Made by a program: the position numbers and the translations under genes. DNA of 64,000 nt from Eledone cirrhosa (taxonomy: Eukaryota), in NCBI GenBank assembly GCA_964016885.1, contig OZ024760.1:24552001-24616000 (forward strand), given 5' to 3'. Positions within the stretch are counted from its first letter, which is position 1, and each line of letters starts with the position of its first letter. Under the pieces are notes generated by a model. The model made no database searches. It was not told the DNA's origin and saw only the letters and a list, made by a program, of their open reading frames with translations. Positions 31,611 through 45,849 of the stretch are shown piece after piece.

Positions 31611-31874
31611 TTATATATATATATATATACATATATATTTATATATATATATATATACATATATATTTATATATATATATACATATATATATATTTATAT
31701 ATATATATATACATATATATATATTTATATATATATAAATATATATACATATATATATTTATGTATATTTAAATATATATATATATACTTATATATATAT
31801 ATACATATATATAAATATATATATATATACATATATATATATTTATGTATATATATAAATATATATATATATAT

Positions 31875-31914
<40 letters not shown>

Positions 31915-32328
31915 GAACACACACACATATATGTACAAAATCAATAATTCTCTCCAATATTTCAATATTTCTACCATAATCAATTATTAGTATCAACTAA
32001 TCTATGTTCAAAAGAACTTATACTAACAACAGAAGATAATGTTTTTGGAAAAGGTTTCGTTTTATCATTTACAGATAGATTAGTTTATGTGTTTTGGTCT
32101 TTTGAAAGTTTTCTAATAATATTGATGTATTTAATTGTATTTTTGGTGTTATTGATGTTGGTGTTGTTGTTATTGTTGTGTTGGTGTTTTTATTGTTGTT
32201 GTTGTGGTTACTAATATAATATAAGTGTTTGTAATATGACTTTTCAATTGTGTGATATACGCGTCATGATCTTACTTTCAACCTTTGACCCATCGCTGTG
32301 TTTGAATCGTCCACGTATATTGATATTC

Positions 32329-32379
<51 letters not shown>

Positions 32380-32447
32380 CATATATATATACATATATGT
32401 ATATATATATATGCATATATATATATATATGCATATATATATATATT

Positions 32448-32518
<71 letters not shown>

Positions 32519-32803
32519 CTATCTATATATACATATATACAAAAATATATATATATGAAAGGTATATATTGAGTTAGAAACTCAAAATAGTGTCTTACAA
32601 TAAAATAGCTATAGGAAAGAGATTTTTCCGAGACGTATATTATAATTGAATATAAAAGACATATACATATATGTGTTCAAATCGTAACGGACCAGATTCG
32701 CTAAGGTGAAAAGAATACTAACTATAGACAATAGGGTTTGACAGACTCAATTTAAGAATAAATCAAGAAAATAAATACAAACCGGAATAGTAGTATCTAC
32801 CAA

Positions 32804-32883
32804 TCACCTGGACAGCTTTGGTAATGCTGTTTCGCAAAATTAATAGGAAAGAGGAATACCAATTCTTGTTCATCAGTGGATGA
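32804..32883 (-). ncRNA. Type I hammerhead motif with long stems II and III
   Basis: TCATCCA-CTGATGA-(36 nt stem II)-GAAACAGC attaccaaa GCTGTC-CAGGTGA. The two core-proximal stem I pairs are mismatched. Confidence 0.65.
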
Positions 32884-33089
32884 AGAATTAGTATCCTGGA
32901 TACTTCTAAGTATTTTAAAAAACTGAATAGTGTGCGGATATATAACAACGCACAAGTTATCTGAACTTAGCATGTCTCACAAACTCACACCATTAAAAAT
33001 AGCAGCCAGGTTTACTCGAAAATCTAGTCTCTTACGATTTGAACATATATATATATATATTTATCTGTGTCCGTTTTTCTTTTATATTC

Positions 33090-33142
<53 letters not shown>

Positions 33143-33666
33143 CACATACATACACACACACACACTTATGCATATATATATATATATATAGGTATATATT
33201 TATATAGCTAAATGTATGTAGACAGATGTGTCTATACACATGTATGTATACAAAATAGACATATATATATACACCTATGGTGTCAATGCTTTGCTTTAGT
33301 GACCCAATTTTGTATGTGTTATGTATGTGCGTGTATATGTGTATGTCTTAAAATTTATTATTATTACTATATATATAAAGAGAGAGGGGGGGGAGACAGA
33401 GAGAGAGAGAGAGTGAGAGAGAGAGTGAGATAGGGAGTGAGAGAAGTATATATATATATGCGTATGTCTGTGTGTGTATCATGCTAGAACCAGGTTTAAA
33501 CTTGTTAAACTTAACCGAGTACTTAATACATTGGTCAGTAGATGTATGTATCTATCTATGTCTATGTTTATATATATATGTCCTTATCTCTCTTTATATA
33601 TATATATATGTACATATATACATTTTCACAGTTGAAAATTGCAAACTTGACTGTCACCACACATTA

Positions 33667-33705
33667 TGAACCTGAAGATTGCGACAGCATGAAAGTACTT
33701 GTTCA
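33667..33705 (+). ncRNA. Minimal type I hammerhead motif (U.U closing pair, U17)
   Basis: TGAAC-CTGAAGA-TTGC gaca GCAT-GAAA gtac TT-GTTCA. Stem III AGTACT is a palindrome. Confidence 0.7.
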
Positions 33706-33817
33706 ATTAACACTTAACATTTAAGATTCTACCATATTATTTCATTCTAATACCATTATAAATTTTAAAGGATTGTAAATAAAACGAGTAAATCAGACAA
33801 AGTTGGAATTCCTCTTA

Positions 33818-33882
<65 letters not shown>

Positions 33883-33951
33883 TATGAAGAGAGAAGAAAC
33901 ATTTAGATATAATTAGTAATAAAATGTATCATACCTAAACTGTTCCTAAAT

Positions 33952-34046
33952 TCCTCGACTACGTAGTTTCGTGGCATAAACAAAAACAATATATCAAAGA
34001 TATAGAGTCCCTGCGAGGTCTGCCGACTTATCAAGAGGATACCTCA
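33952..34046 (-). ncRNA. U3-A8 variant type I hammerhead, unit 1
   Basis: TCCTC-TTGATAA-GTCGGCA..TGCCAC-GAAACTACGTAGTC-GAGGA. Predicted cleavage between 33957 and 33956. Confidence 0.8.
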
Positions 34047-34542
34047 TTTTACTAGTCTCAAGAACGCGTCTACACGACGTGAGAAAGAATCCCAAAAGGC
34101 GGAGGGGGAGATAGTCACGCGATATAACGGTCGAGAAACAGAGCTAAGCCTCTTATAACCACGAAGAAAATACCACGGAGGCGGAGGGGGTATTCATATC
34201 GAGGCCGTAGAAGAGGTAGTGAAGAAGGCGAGAAGTATGAGTAATGGAAGCTTTCCAGTTGTCCCCACACTTCAAAGATTGCTCGACCAGAGGGAGTTAT
34301 TAATATATTTAGAAACACACAGATACATGCGGACACACACATATATACATGAATGCATCCGCACCCAACTGTGAGTTAAGGGTGCCAACTTCACCGATGT
34401 TGCTCAATGAATGACTGGGACAGACCAATTCAGTTTGAACTAGACTGAACCAGTATCAGAGTTAAAAATACATTATGAAGAGAGAAGAAACATTTAGATA
34501 TAATTAGTAATAAAATGTATCATACCTAAACTGTTCCTAAAT

Positions 34543-34637
34543 TCCTCGACTACGTAGTTTCGTGGCATAAACAAAAACAATATATCAAAGATATAGAGTC
34601 CCTGCGAGGTCTGCCGACTTATCAAGAGGATACCTCA
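34543..34637 (-). ncRNA. U3-A8 variant type I hammerhead, unit 2
   Basis: Same sequence as unit 1, offset +591. Confidence 0.8.
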
Positions 34638-35133
34638 TTTTACTAGTCTCAAGAACGCGTCTACACGACGTGAGAAAGAATCCCAAAAGGCGGAGGGGGA
34701 GATAGTCACGCGATATAACGGTCGAGAAACAGAGCTAAGCCTCTTATAACCACGAAGAAAATACCACGGAGGCGGAGGGGGTATTCATATCGAGGCCGTA
34801 GAAGAGGTAGTGAAGAAGGCGAGAAGTATGAGTAATGGAAGCTTTCCAGTTGTCCCCACACTTCAAAGATTGCTCGACCAGAGGGAGTTATTAATATATT
34901 TAGAAACACACAGATACATGCGGACACACACATATATACATGAATGCATCCGCACCCAACTGTGAGTTAAGGGTGCCAACTTCACCGATGTTGCTCAATG
35001 AATGACTGGGACAGACCAATTCAGTTTGAACTAGACTGAACCAGTATCAGAGTTAAAAATACATTATGAAGAGAGAAGAAACATTTAGATATAATTAGTA
35101 ATAAAATGTATCATACCTAAACTGTTCCTAAAT

Positions 35134-35228
35134 TCCTCGACTACGTAGTTTCGTGGCATAAACAAAAACAATATATCAAAGATATAGAGTCCCTGCGAGG
35201 TCTGCCGACTTATCAAGAGGATACCTCA
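35134..35228 (-). ncRNA. U3-A8 variant type I hammerhead, unit 3
   Basis: Same sequence as unit 1, offset +1182. Confidence 0.8.
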
Positions 35229-35752
35229 TTTTACTAGTCTCAAGAACGCGTCTACACGACGTGAGAAAGAATCCCAAAAGGCGGAGGGGGAGATAGTCAC
35301 GCGATATAACGGTCGAGAAACAGAGCTAAGCCTCTTATAACCACGAAGAAAATACCACGGAGGCGGAGGGGGTATTCATATCGAGGCCGTAGAAGAGGTA
35401 GTGAAGAAGGCGAGAAGTATGAGTAATGGAAGCTTTCCAGTTGTCCCCACACTTCAAAGATTGCTCGACCAGAGGGAGTTATTAATATATTTAGAAACAC
35501 ACAGATACATGCGGACACACACATATATACATGAATGCATCCGCACCCAACTGTGAGTTAAGGGTGCCAACTTCACCGATGTTGCTCAATGAATATATAT
35601 ATATGCGAGATGCGAGAAAATCCACAAACCGTCCATCTAAATTCTACGCTTGAAAAGCACAAGAACTGTGAAACCGTTAAAGGAACCAAATAAATAAATA
35701 TATACATTTAAAAAAAAAGACTCCAGTAGCATTTTCGGTATCATCTTTCTTC

Positions 35753-35808
<56 letters not shown>

Positions 35809-36066
35809 TGTATGTGTGAGAGTGTATATATATATATATATAAATATATAACATTGAGCCTATTGAGTAAAATGACAGGAGGCTGGACTGGTGAAATACC
35901 TTCAAACATTTATTACAAACACTATGCACAAATCCATGTATATATATATATATAGACATTCATTAACTACACTTCACCCAGTGACACTCATGGTATGCCT
36001 CTTTGATATATTAATGACAGAGTTTACGTCGGGCATTTTAAATGTTAAATGATAATGTGGTAATCG

Positions 36067-36568
36067 AAGAAGAAGAAGAAGAAGAAGAAGAAGAAAAAAG
36101 AAGGGTAGAATACGAAGAAGAAAGAAGAAGAACTATTAGAAGAAGAGGAATAATAATAATAAGAAGAAGAACAATAATAATAATAATAATAATAATAATG
36201 ATAATAATAATAATACTATGAAGAACAACAAACACAACAGCATTGCAAATAAGACAATTAGAATGTGATGGAGATGAAGGAGCTGAAGAAGACAAAGGAA
36301 GGAGGGGAAGTGGAGTTGAGGAGGGGTTGAGGAGGGGAAGAAGGAGAAAAAGGAGAAATGAAAAGGAAGACGTAATATGGAAAATAATATTTGTACCAAA
36401 GTATATAAAATGTCACCAACGGGAGAAGAAGAAGAAGAAGAAGAAGAAGAAGAACGAAGAAGAACGAAGAAGAAGGAAGAAGAACGAGGAAGAAGAAGAA
36501 GAAGAAGAAGAAGAAGAAGAAGAAGAAGAAGAAGAAGAACAAAGATGATGATGATGATGATAATAAAT
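36067..36568. repeat. (GAA)n/(AAT)n purine-rich tract
   Basis: Directly visible. Confidence 0.85.
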
Positions 36569-37322
36569 AACCTTAACAGTAATTCGTTACTTTACGAGTG
36601 TCTCTTTCTTCTCCGCAATTTGGTATTTAAAATTTTTAAGAAACAACAACAAATAAATGAAACAAAACAACAAAATTATAAAATATAAAAATAAAAAATA
36701 AAATAAGATAAATTAAGAATAACAATAAAATAGAATAAAATAAAATAAAATAAAATAAAATGAAGTATGACTCCACAATTGTCTTGCGTGAAGGAGGTCT
36801 TGCACAAAAGAATCAATATATGAGAAGAAATGATTTGAATTCTTAAAAATATAAAACAAAATAAAATAATTCAAGAAAGAAAGGACAAAATAATAACCAC
36901 AATAAATACAACAATAAAATGTACAACAAAAAGGAAAAAAACATAAAACAAATAAGAATCTAAGAAAGAAAGAACAAAATAATAACAAAATGTACAACAA
37001 AATGGACAATAAAAAAACAAAAAACGACAAAATAAAGCATACAAACAGACGTAATTTTGAAAATGATTAAAAATATAAAAAAAAACCCTGATTAAACAGA
37101 GAAAAGTAAAGAAGATATGAAAAAAAGATGGCGCCTAATTTTTCGACAATATATTTCATTTATTGAATTTCGCATTATTAATGATGGCGGTAGAAAATCT
37201 GTGAATTTTGGGCTTTTTACTGTTTTTAGGTTTAAATTGATGTTGAATCTATTATATTGTATATATTTTGTACTCTGTGTGAGAACGACTTCACTCACAT
37301 ACACAGACACAGCGACACACAG

Positions 37323-37369
<47 letters not shown>

Positions 37370-37410
37370 ACATTTTATGTTGCTTTCTTTCCACGCATAT
37401 GAATTTATAT

Positions 37411-37464
<54 letters not shown>

Positions 37465-37821
37465 ATATATGTATATATATGTATGAATGTTCGAGTGGTG
37501 GTGCCAAGGGGGGAGATGTGGGGTTAGGATGTATGGGTAATTACTTATTTAAATTAGTTTGCAGAAGCAGGTCATTAAGAAAACGGGGACGGAACATGGA
37601 GAGGAATATTAAAACAAGATGGCTGATTCTATATTACAGATGTACATAGAAAGACTGACACACCCGCTTACAGACATACACACACGCACACACACATACT
37701 CACAGACACACACAGATACACACAGGGACACGGACACACGCATACATATATATATATATATGCCTATCTATCTCTCTATCTATATATATATCTATAAATA
37801 TATATATATATATATACATAT

Positions 37822-37899
<78 letters not shown>

Positions 37900-37913
37900 T
37901 TGCGTGTGTGTGG

Positions 37914-38018
<105 letters not shown>

Positions 38019-38190
38019 CTCTATATATATATACATACATACACCCACATACACACACACATATATATGTATATACATTATATTCATATACATATATTAA
38101 TATTTTTTTTATCCACATACATACGTACACACACATATATATAAATATATAAATTATATAAATATATATATATATATGTATATATATATG

Positions 38191-38239
<49 letters not shown>

Positions 38240-38344
38240 TTAAATTATATTATATTATATTATGTATATATATATATATATACATATATATAAATTATAT
38301 TATATTATATATATATATATATATATACACCCCCACCCCCTTAC

Positions 38345-38401
<57 letters not shown>

Positions 38402-38574
38402 AAATCCAATTCCCTTCGCTAATGCCACAGCTGGCAGCCATCTTCATTTGGTCACGTTCAGGAAAGAAATACTTTATTCACGATCGCAATAGCAAAATAT
38501 ATTTATGAATACATTCAACCATGAATACATCATATAGAATATTACTGAAAACAAGATGGCTGAAGCTGAAGAAG

Positions 38575-39462
38575 ACAACAGCATGAGCAACGACATCAGC
38601 AAGTTCAACGACAACAACAACAACAACAAGGACATCAGCAACAACAATGTCATTGACAATAACATCAACAACAACACCAACAACACCAACAACACCACCA
38701 ACACCAACAACACCACCAACAGCAACATCAACAACAACAATAACACCAACAACACCAACAACACCACCAACACCAACAGCAACAACAACACCAACAACAC
38801 CAACAACACCACCAACAGCAACATCAACAACAACGACAATAACACCAACAACACCAACAACACCACCACCACCAACACCAACAGCAACAACAACACCAAC
38901 AACACCACCAACATCAACAACAACGACACCAACAACACCAACAACAACACCAACAACACCACCAACAGCAACATCAACAACAACGACAATAACACCAACA
39001 ACACCACCACCACCAACACCAACAGCAACAACAACACCAACAACACCACCAACATCAACAACAACGACACCAACAACACCACCAACAACAACAACACCAC
39101 CAACAACAACACCAACAACACCAACAACACCACCAACAGCAACATCAACAAAAACGACACCAACAACACCACCAACAACAACAACAACAAGACCAGCACC
39201 ACCACCAACAACAACATCAACAACATCACCAACAACACCACCACCAACAACAACAGCATCAAAAACATCACCAACAACACCACCGCCAATAACACTTACA
39301 TCAGCAACAACAACAACAACAACACCATCGTCATCACCACCAACAACAACAACATCACCACCAACAACAACAACACCATCGTCATCACCACGACCAACAA
39401 CATCAACAGCAACAACAACACCATCACCACCACCAACAACAACATCTACAACAACAACAACA
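38575..39462. repeat. (AAC/ACC)n trinucleotide satellite
   Basis: Directly visible. It explains the Asn/Thr/Pro-rich ORFs. Confidence 0.9.
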
Positions 39463-40001
39463 TTGTTGATAAGAACACATCACCCCCCCACACACACACC
39501 CTAAGACCACAGGCCATCACCCTCTCCCCTTCTGCCTCCTTCTTCAGTGACCGTAGATTCCTTACTTTTCTTCCTTCCTCCTTTTCTTCCCATTTACGGC
39601 CTTTCCTCTACTTATATATATGTGACTATTATTTTCTAATAAAAACCTCATCGGAATACGTAAATAGATTTTTATTAGAAATCGAACACATGAGATATAT
39701 TCTTCTTGAATATTATCACCTAAATAATGAAACTGTTGTAAATTGTGTCAGAAAGAAAACAAAGAGAGGTCCCCCGTCGGCTATATGAATAGAATGGTTT
39801 TATATTGTGGCTGAGTCTTAACACGAGACGAATTATTCCACAACGAAGCAATTACGCCGTTAGCAGAACAGATTTGCTAAACGCATGAGGAGATCCGCTC
39901 ATTGTAATGTTATTGTGAAAAGTGAGAACACGGTTTTACAAATAGCAATAGTCGACCAACATATTGTAGTAAATAGAACATACATTACTATAGAACATAG
40001 A

Positions 40002-40530
40002 AATAATTGTTTCTACTTTTGGCACAAGGCCAGCAATTTCACCAGTACATTATTGGTACTTTATTTTATCGATCCCTAACCTCGTAAGGATGAAAGTCAA
40101 AGTTAACCTCGGCGGGATTTGAACTCAGACCGTAAAGGGACGTAACTATGCTGGAAGGCATGGCGTCCGACATTCTACCGATAAAATAATTGTTTCTACT
40201 TTTGGCACAAGGCCAGCAATTTTTCCCAGTACATTATTGGTACTTTATTTTATCGATCCCTCCCCTCGTAAGGATGAAAGGCAAAGTTAACCTCGGCGGG
40301 ATTTGAACTCAGACCGTAAAGGGACGTAACTATGCTGGAAGGCATGGCGTCCGACCCTCTACCGATAAAATAATTGTTTCTACTTTTGGCACAAGGCCAG
40401 CAATTTTTTCCAGTGAATTACTGGTACTTTATTTTATCGACCTCCTCGTAAGGATGAAAGGCAAAGTTAACCTCGGCGGGATTTGAACTCAGAAGGCAAA
40501 GGGCCATAACTCTATGCTTCTACCAATAAA
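40002..40530 (-). mobile_element. Three head-to-tail Nin-type SINE copies
   Basis: Units start at 40002, 40185 and 40369 (183-184 bp period). Confidence 0.8.
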
Positions 40531-40758
40531 ACAATGACAATCACTGCGTGAGAGGAGAACGTGACACTGTGTAAGCTTACAGCAAGTCTGCTGACCGTGT
40601 ATATCTACCTAACATACGAGACTCGGGTGTAAAGTGTTCAGAGGCTGAGCAAGATACTCTCTTGGAATGACCAAATGACCATATACGGTTTATTTCCAAG
40701 CATGTAATAATAATTCTCTTCCCTGTCCGCATGATACATTCATAATTTATTCCCTGTC

Positions 40759-40814
<56 letters not shown>

Positions 40815-40899
40815 ATATGAAAGTTACTCCCAGGCCTTAAGGTCGTACATTTAACCCTCAGCTGATGTTACCCCACATTCTAAATAGCTTCGTAATCTA

Positions 40900-41404
40900 T
40901 GAGGGTCGGCTGAACAGTTCTTAGGCTGACCAAGACACTCTCATGGAATGACCACATGAGGTTTATTTTTCAACACAGTCCCTGAAAAAAAACATTAAAC
41001 AAATCATTTATTAATAAGAAGAGTTGACATTAATGCATGTAAGATTCCATTCCCTAACATCATTCCTTTATAGTCAGTCTATGACCAAGATACTCTCATG
41101 GAATGACAAAGTGAGGTTTATTTTTCAACACAGTCCCTGAAAAAAAACAACAAACAAATCATTTATTAATAAGAAGAGTTGAAATTAATGCATGTAAGAT
41201 TTCATTCCCTAGCATCATTCCTTTATAGTCAGTCTAAGACCAAGATACTCTCATGGAATGACAAAATGAGGTTTATTTTTCAAAATAGTCCCTGGAACGA
41301 GACAATGCAGTTATTAATAAGAGTTGAATTTAATACCTGCAAGATTCCACAGCTCAAGCATCATACGTTCCTAGCTAGCCTATCAACTTTCTAGCCAACC
41401 CTCA
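40900..41404. mobile_element. Mariner-type MITE with internal 155-bp tandem repeats
   Basis: Imperfect TIRs TGAGGGTCGGCTGAACAGTTCTTAGGCT / AGCCTATCAACTTTCTAGCCAACCCTCA, TA on the left. Internal repeats at 40928, 41083 and 41238. A related fragment lies at ~40613. Confidence 0.6.
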
Positions 41405-41852
41405 CAGACAAAACATTTATTAAAAACCTCTGTGCTTATCTCCCCTTCTGCAACTTCCAAATCATGGAACCTGGTCCTTAAATCGAATCTTTCACAATTG
41501 TTGATTAAAAGACGAACTTTCCTAATTTATTACTCTTGTTTGACTTCTAATTTCTCATCACACATTACCTTTTCTTTCCCAATATATCTTCCGATGAAAG
41601 ACTAAGATCCAAAAGGTAAATACTATTTTCCTACTATATTAACCGTTAAACTACACTAACATATAATGTCATTGTATAGTATTATTTCATTGTATTCTCG
41701 TTGACTTCTATTAAATAAATGAATAAATATATATGAATGTGTGCGTGTGTGTGATTGTGTGTAATGTATGTATATTTGTATATATATATATATATATGCA
41801 TATATATATAAGTATATATGTAAATATGTATATATATATGTATATGTATATA

Positions 41853-41894
<42 letters not shown>

Positions 41895-42129
41895 TATATG
41901 CATATATATATATATATATGCATATATATATATGCATATATATGCATATATATATAAATATATATGCATATATATATATATATGCCTATATATATATGCA
42001 TATATATGCATATATATATATATATATGCATATATATATATGCATATATATGTATATATATATGTATATATATATATATATATAAATATATATGCATATA
42101 TATATATATATATGCATATATATATATGC

Positions 42130-42161
<32 letters not shown>

Positions 42162-42188
42162 GTATATATGTATATATATATATATGTA

Positions 42189-42245
<57 letters not shown>

Positions 42246-42246
42246 G

Positions 42247-42278
<32 letters not shown>

Positions 42279-42374
42279 TATACACATATTTGTGTACGTA
42301 TGTCAGTGAGAGAAAGAGAGAGAGAGAGAGTGTGTGTGTTTATGCACGCACTTATATATTCATCAACATTTATG

Positions 42375-42472
<98 letters not shown>

Positions 42473-42771
42473 TATAAATGAGACGACCGAGTAATATTCA
42501 ATCAATACGTGAAACGTACTCCAGCATGTGAACAGACAAAAGCAGGAAGGCCATATTTTATTTTTTCAATTTTGGGGGCCTTTGGGCTTTTTAAAAGTTT
42601 CCAGTAAATAATATGTACTAGTTTATAATGCCATTGTCTAAAAATGTTTGATTATTATCAAATGTATGTATATGTAAGTATATGTAAGTATATGTCGAAC
42701 TTTCTATTATAATAGCTCTTTGTTTACAAGTACATCTATAAAATTGTATCAAACTACATGGCATCCATTTT

Positions 42772-42838
<67 letters not shown>

Positions 42839-42885
42839 ATTTATGTATGTATTTATGTATGTATGTATGTAAATATATATATATG

Positions 42886-42928
<43 letters not shown>

Positions 42929-43081
42929 TAAAGGATTTTAGTCTTCAAATTTATTATTATTACTATATCTATATATATATATATTTAAAGTTGATGTAAA
43001 TATATATATATATATAAATGTATATATATATATGTATATATATGCGCATGTGTGTGTGTGTTTGTATATATGTATGTATGC

Positions 43082-43117
<36 letters not shown>

Positions 43118-43165
43118 CTATATATATATATATGGATATATATATATATATATATATATATATGG

Positions 43166-43259
<94 letters not shown>

Positions 43260-43263
43260 ATGG

Positions 43264-43321
<58 letters not shown>

Positions 43322-43388
43322 GTATATATATATATATATATATACAAATATATATATATACATATATATATCTGTGTATATATATATG

Positions 43389-43420
<32 letters not shown>

Positions 43421-43642
43421 TATATTTGGGGAGCAGAACACATGTTGTTTTCTCACATAGGTATTGTCTCACTGCGTATGTTTTTGACGAATGATGGAAA
43501 CTAGTTGATAGCTTGTAGACATCGATACATTCAAAACAATGTATGCACACACATACACACACACATACACATGCACATACACACATACACACACACATAC
43601 ACACGTATACACACACATACACATACATACACATACACATAT

Positions 43643-43681
<39 letters not shown>

Positions 43682-43777
43682 TATTTATGTATATGTATAT
43701 ATATCTATATATATATCTACCTACCTACATACACACACACATATATGTATATATATATATATATATATATTTACATG

Positions 43778-43840
<63 letters not shown>

Positions 43841-43853
43841 GTATATATATATG

Positions 43854-43920
<67 letters not shown>

Positions 43921-44080
43921 GTATATATATATGTATATATATATTCACATATCAGCCTGCGTGTGTGAATTTGTCTTTGTTAGTTGATCGTTGTACCTAT
44001 TGATTTACATAAATATCGATCTAGTCACGTTTTTGTTTATGTCCTTACACACACACACACAGACACAGACACACACACGC

Positions 44081-44180
<100 letters not shown>

Positions 44181-44333
44181 ACACATATATATGTTTTGTT
44201 CGCTATTTCCTACATGCCTGGACTTCGGCTGCTTTCTGCATTTCACTTCATAATCCCTTTCTCTCTTTTTGTCTGTATTCTACTACACATAAAGCTACCA
44301 CCCCTCTCTCTCTCTCCCTCTCTCTCGAATTAC

Positions 44334-44399
<66 letters not shown>

Positions 44400-44469
44400 C
44401 TCCATCCATCCATTGATTCGACCATCCACCCATCCATATATATATATATATATATCTGTATACATCATT

Positions 44470-44643
44470 ACATTACAATACACCGAGAGGAAACATAAAA
44501 GTACCACTGAAGATGTCACAGATGTGTGACAGAAGATTAACTAAGAAGATATAAAAGATACAGAAGCGAAAACTAACGCGAGCCTTTTCTGTTAATATTT
44601 CTGGCAATGTTATAACAATATGACCCTCCCAAAGTATAACAAT
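44470..44643 (+). mobile_element. Family E-related element with degenerate hammerhead
   Basis: CTGAAGA-T-GTCACA gatg TGTGAC at ~44507-44530, plus the conserved 3' terminus. Confidence 0.55.
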
Positions 44644-44680
44644 ACATATATATATGTATATATATGTGTATATATATATG

Positions 44681-44772
<92 letters not shown>

Positions 44773-44864
44773 GAAGTAGTAACACAACAGTTAGTTTACC
44801 ATACGGAGAACAATTGTTTCACCTTACCGAACTCGTTTTATGATTTTACCTTCCAGTGCTCTAC

Positions 44865-45028
<164 letters not shown>

Positions 45029-45029
45029 C

Positions 45030-45849
45030 TATGTTGTCGACCTTAACCAGTGTTGCTCTATGATTAAGAGAGACAAAACAATCGAAATAATTAAATTGAC
45101 ACAATATCAGAGTTATGTAAAATATTATAAAAAGGAATAATATATATCTATGATATAAGATATGATATCTATGATATAACATTTTTGCATAGTGACCAGC
45201 GAAACTGTACAGTCGAGACTAAGAAAAAAAATAGGTATATTGTATCTATTATTCCATTTTATAATATTTTACATAACTCTGATATTGTGTCAATTTAATT
45301 ATTTCGATTATTTTGTCTCTCATAATCATAGCGTAACACTGGTTAAGGTAGACAACATACAATCTCACATACTTGTGAAAAATATATGTTTATATATACA
45401 TGTATATGTATGTATACACATATATTTGTATATCTCTCATTATTGTCTCTAACTCCCTCACGGTAGAGTAACCACGGAAGTATAGTGACTACTTTAAAGC
45501 AAACACTATATACACTTCTAGTCAACTTTACCAGCCTTCTGTAGCCTATGTATCATATCAATATCTCCCTCCGTCTTCTGAGATATTTTCACTGCTACGA
45601 GGGATTAATCCCCTTTCTTGACCGGTGTATCACGTGATAGAGTCTCCCTCCGCCTTTCTGAGATTTTCTCGCATGCTACGGACGTATGTAGTTAGGTCTC
45701 TTCCCTGAGGTGCTCTCTTGATAAGCTGGCTTACCTCACAACAATGTTACATATCTATGATATAACATTTTTGCATAGTGACCAGCGAAACTGTACAGTC
45801 GGGACTAAAGAAAATAATAGGTATATTGTATCTATTATTCCTTTTTATA

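Larger units (their letters stand above)
33877..35594 (-). mobile_element. Retrozyme-like head-to-tail array, 2.9 x 591 bp (family K)
   Basis: Apparently identical units at a 591-bp period, flanked by (TA)n, one hammerhead per unit, no credible ORF. Confidence 0.85.

Noticed and set aside
34115-34342. 75-aa ORF repeated three times in the 591-bp array
   Set aside because: It starts in a TG-rich patch, has no recognisable domain, and no counterpart appears in the homolog at 45030-45858.
38556-39788. 410-aa Asn/Thr-rich ORF and overlapping mucin-like Thr/Pro ORF
   Set aside because: (AAC/ACC)n repeat open in multiple frames. No signal peptide, domain or splice evidence.
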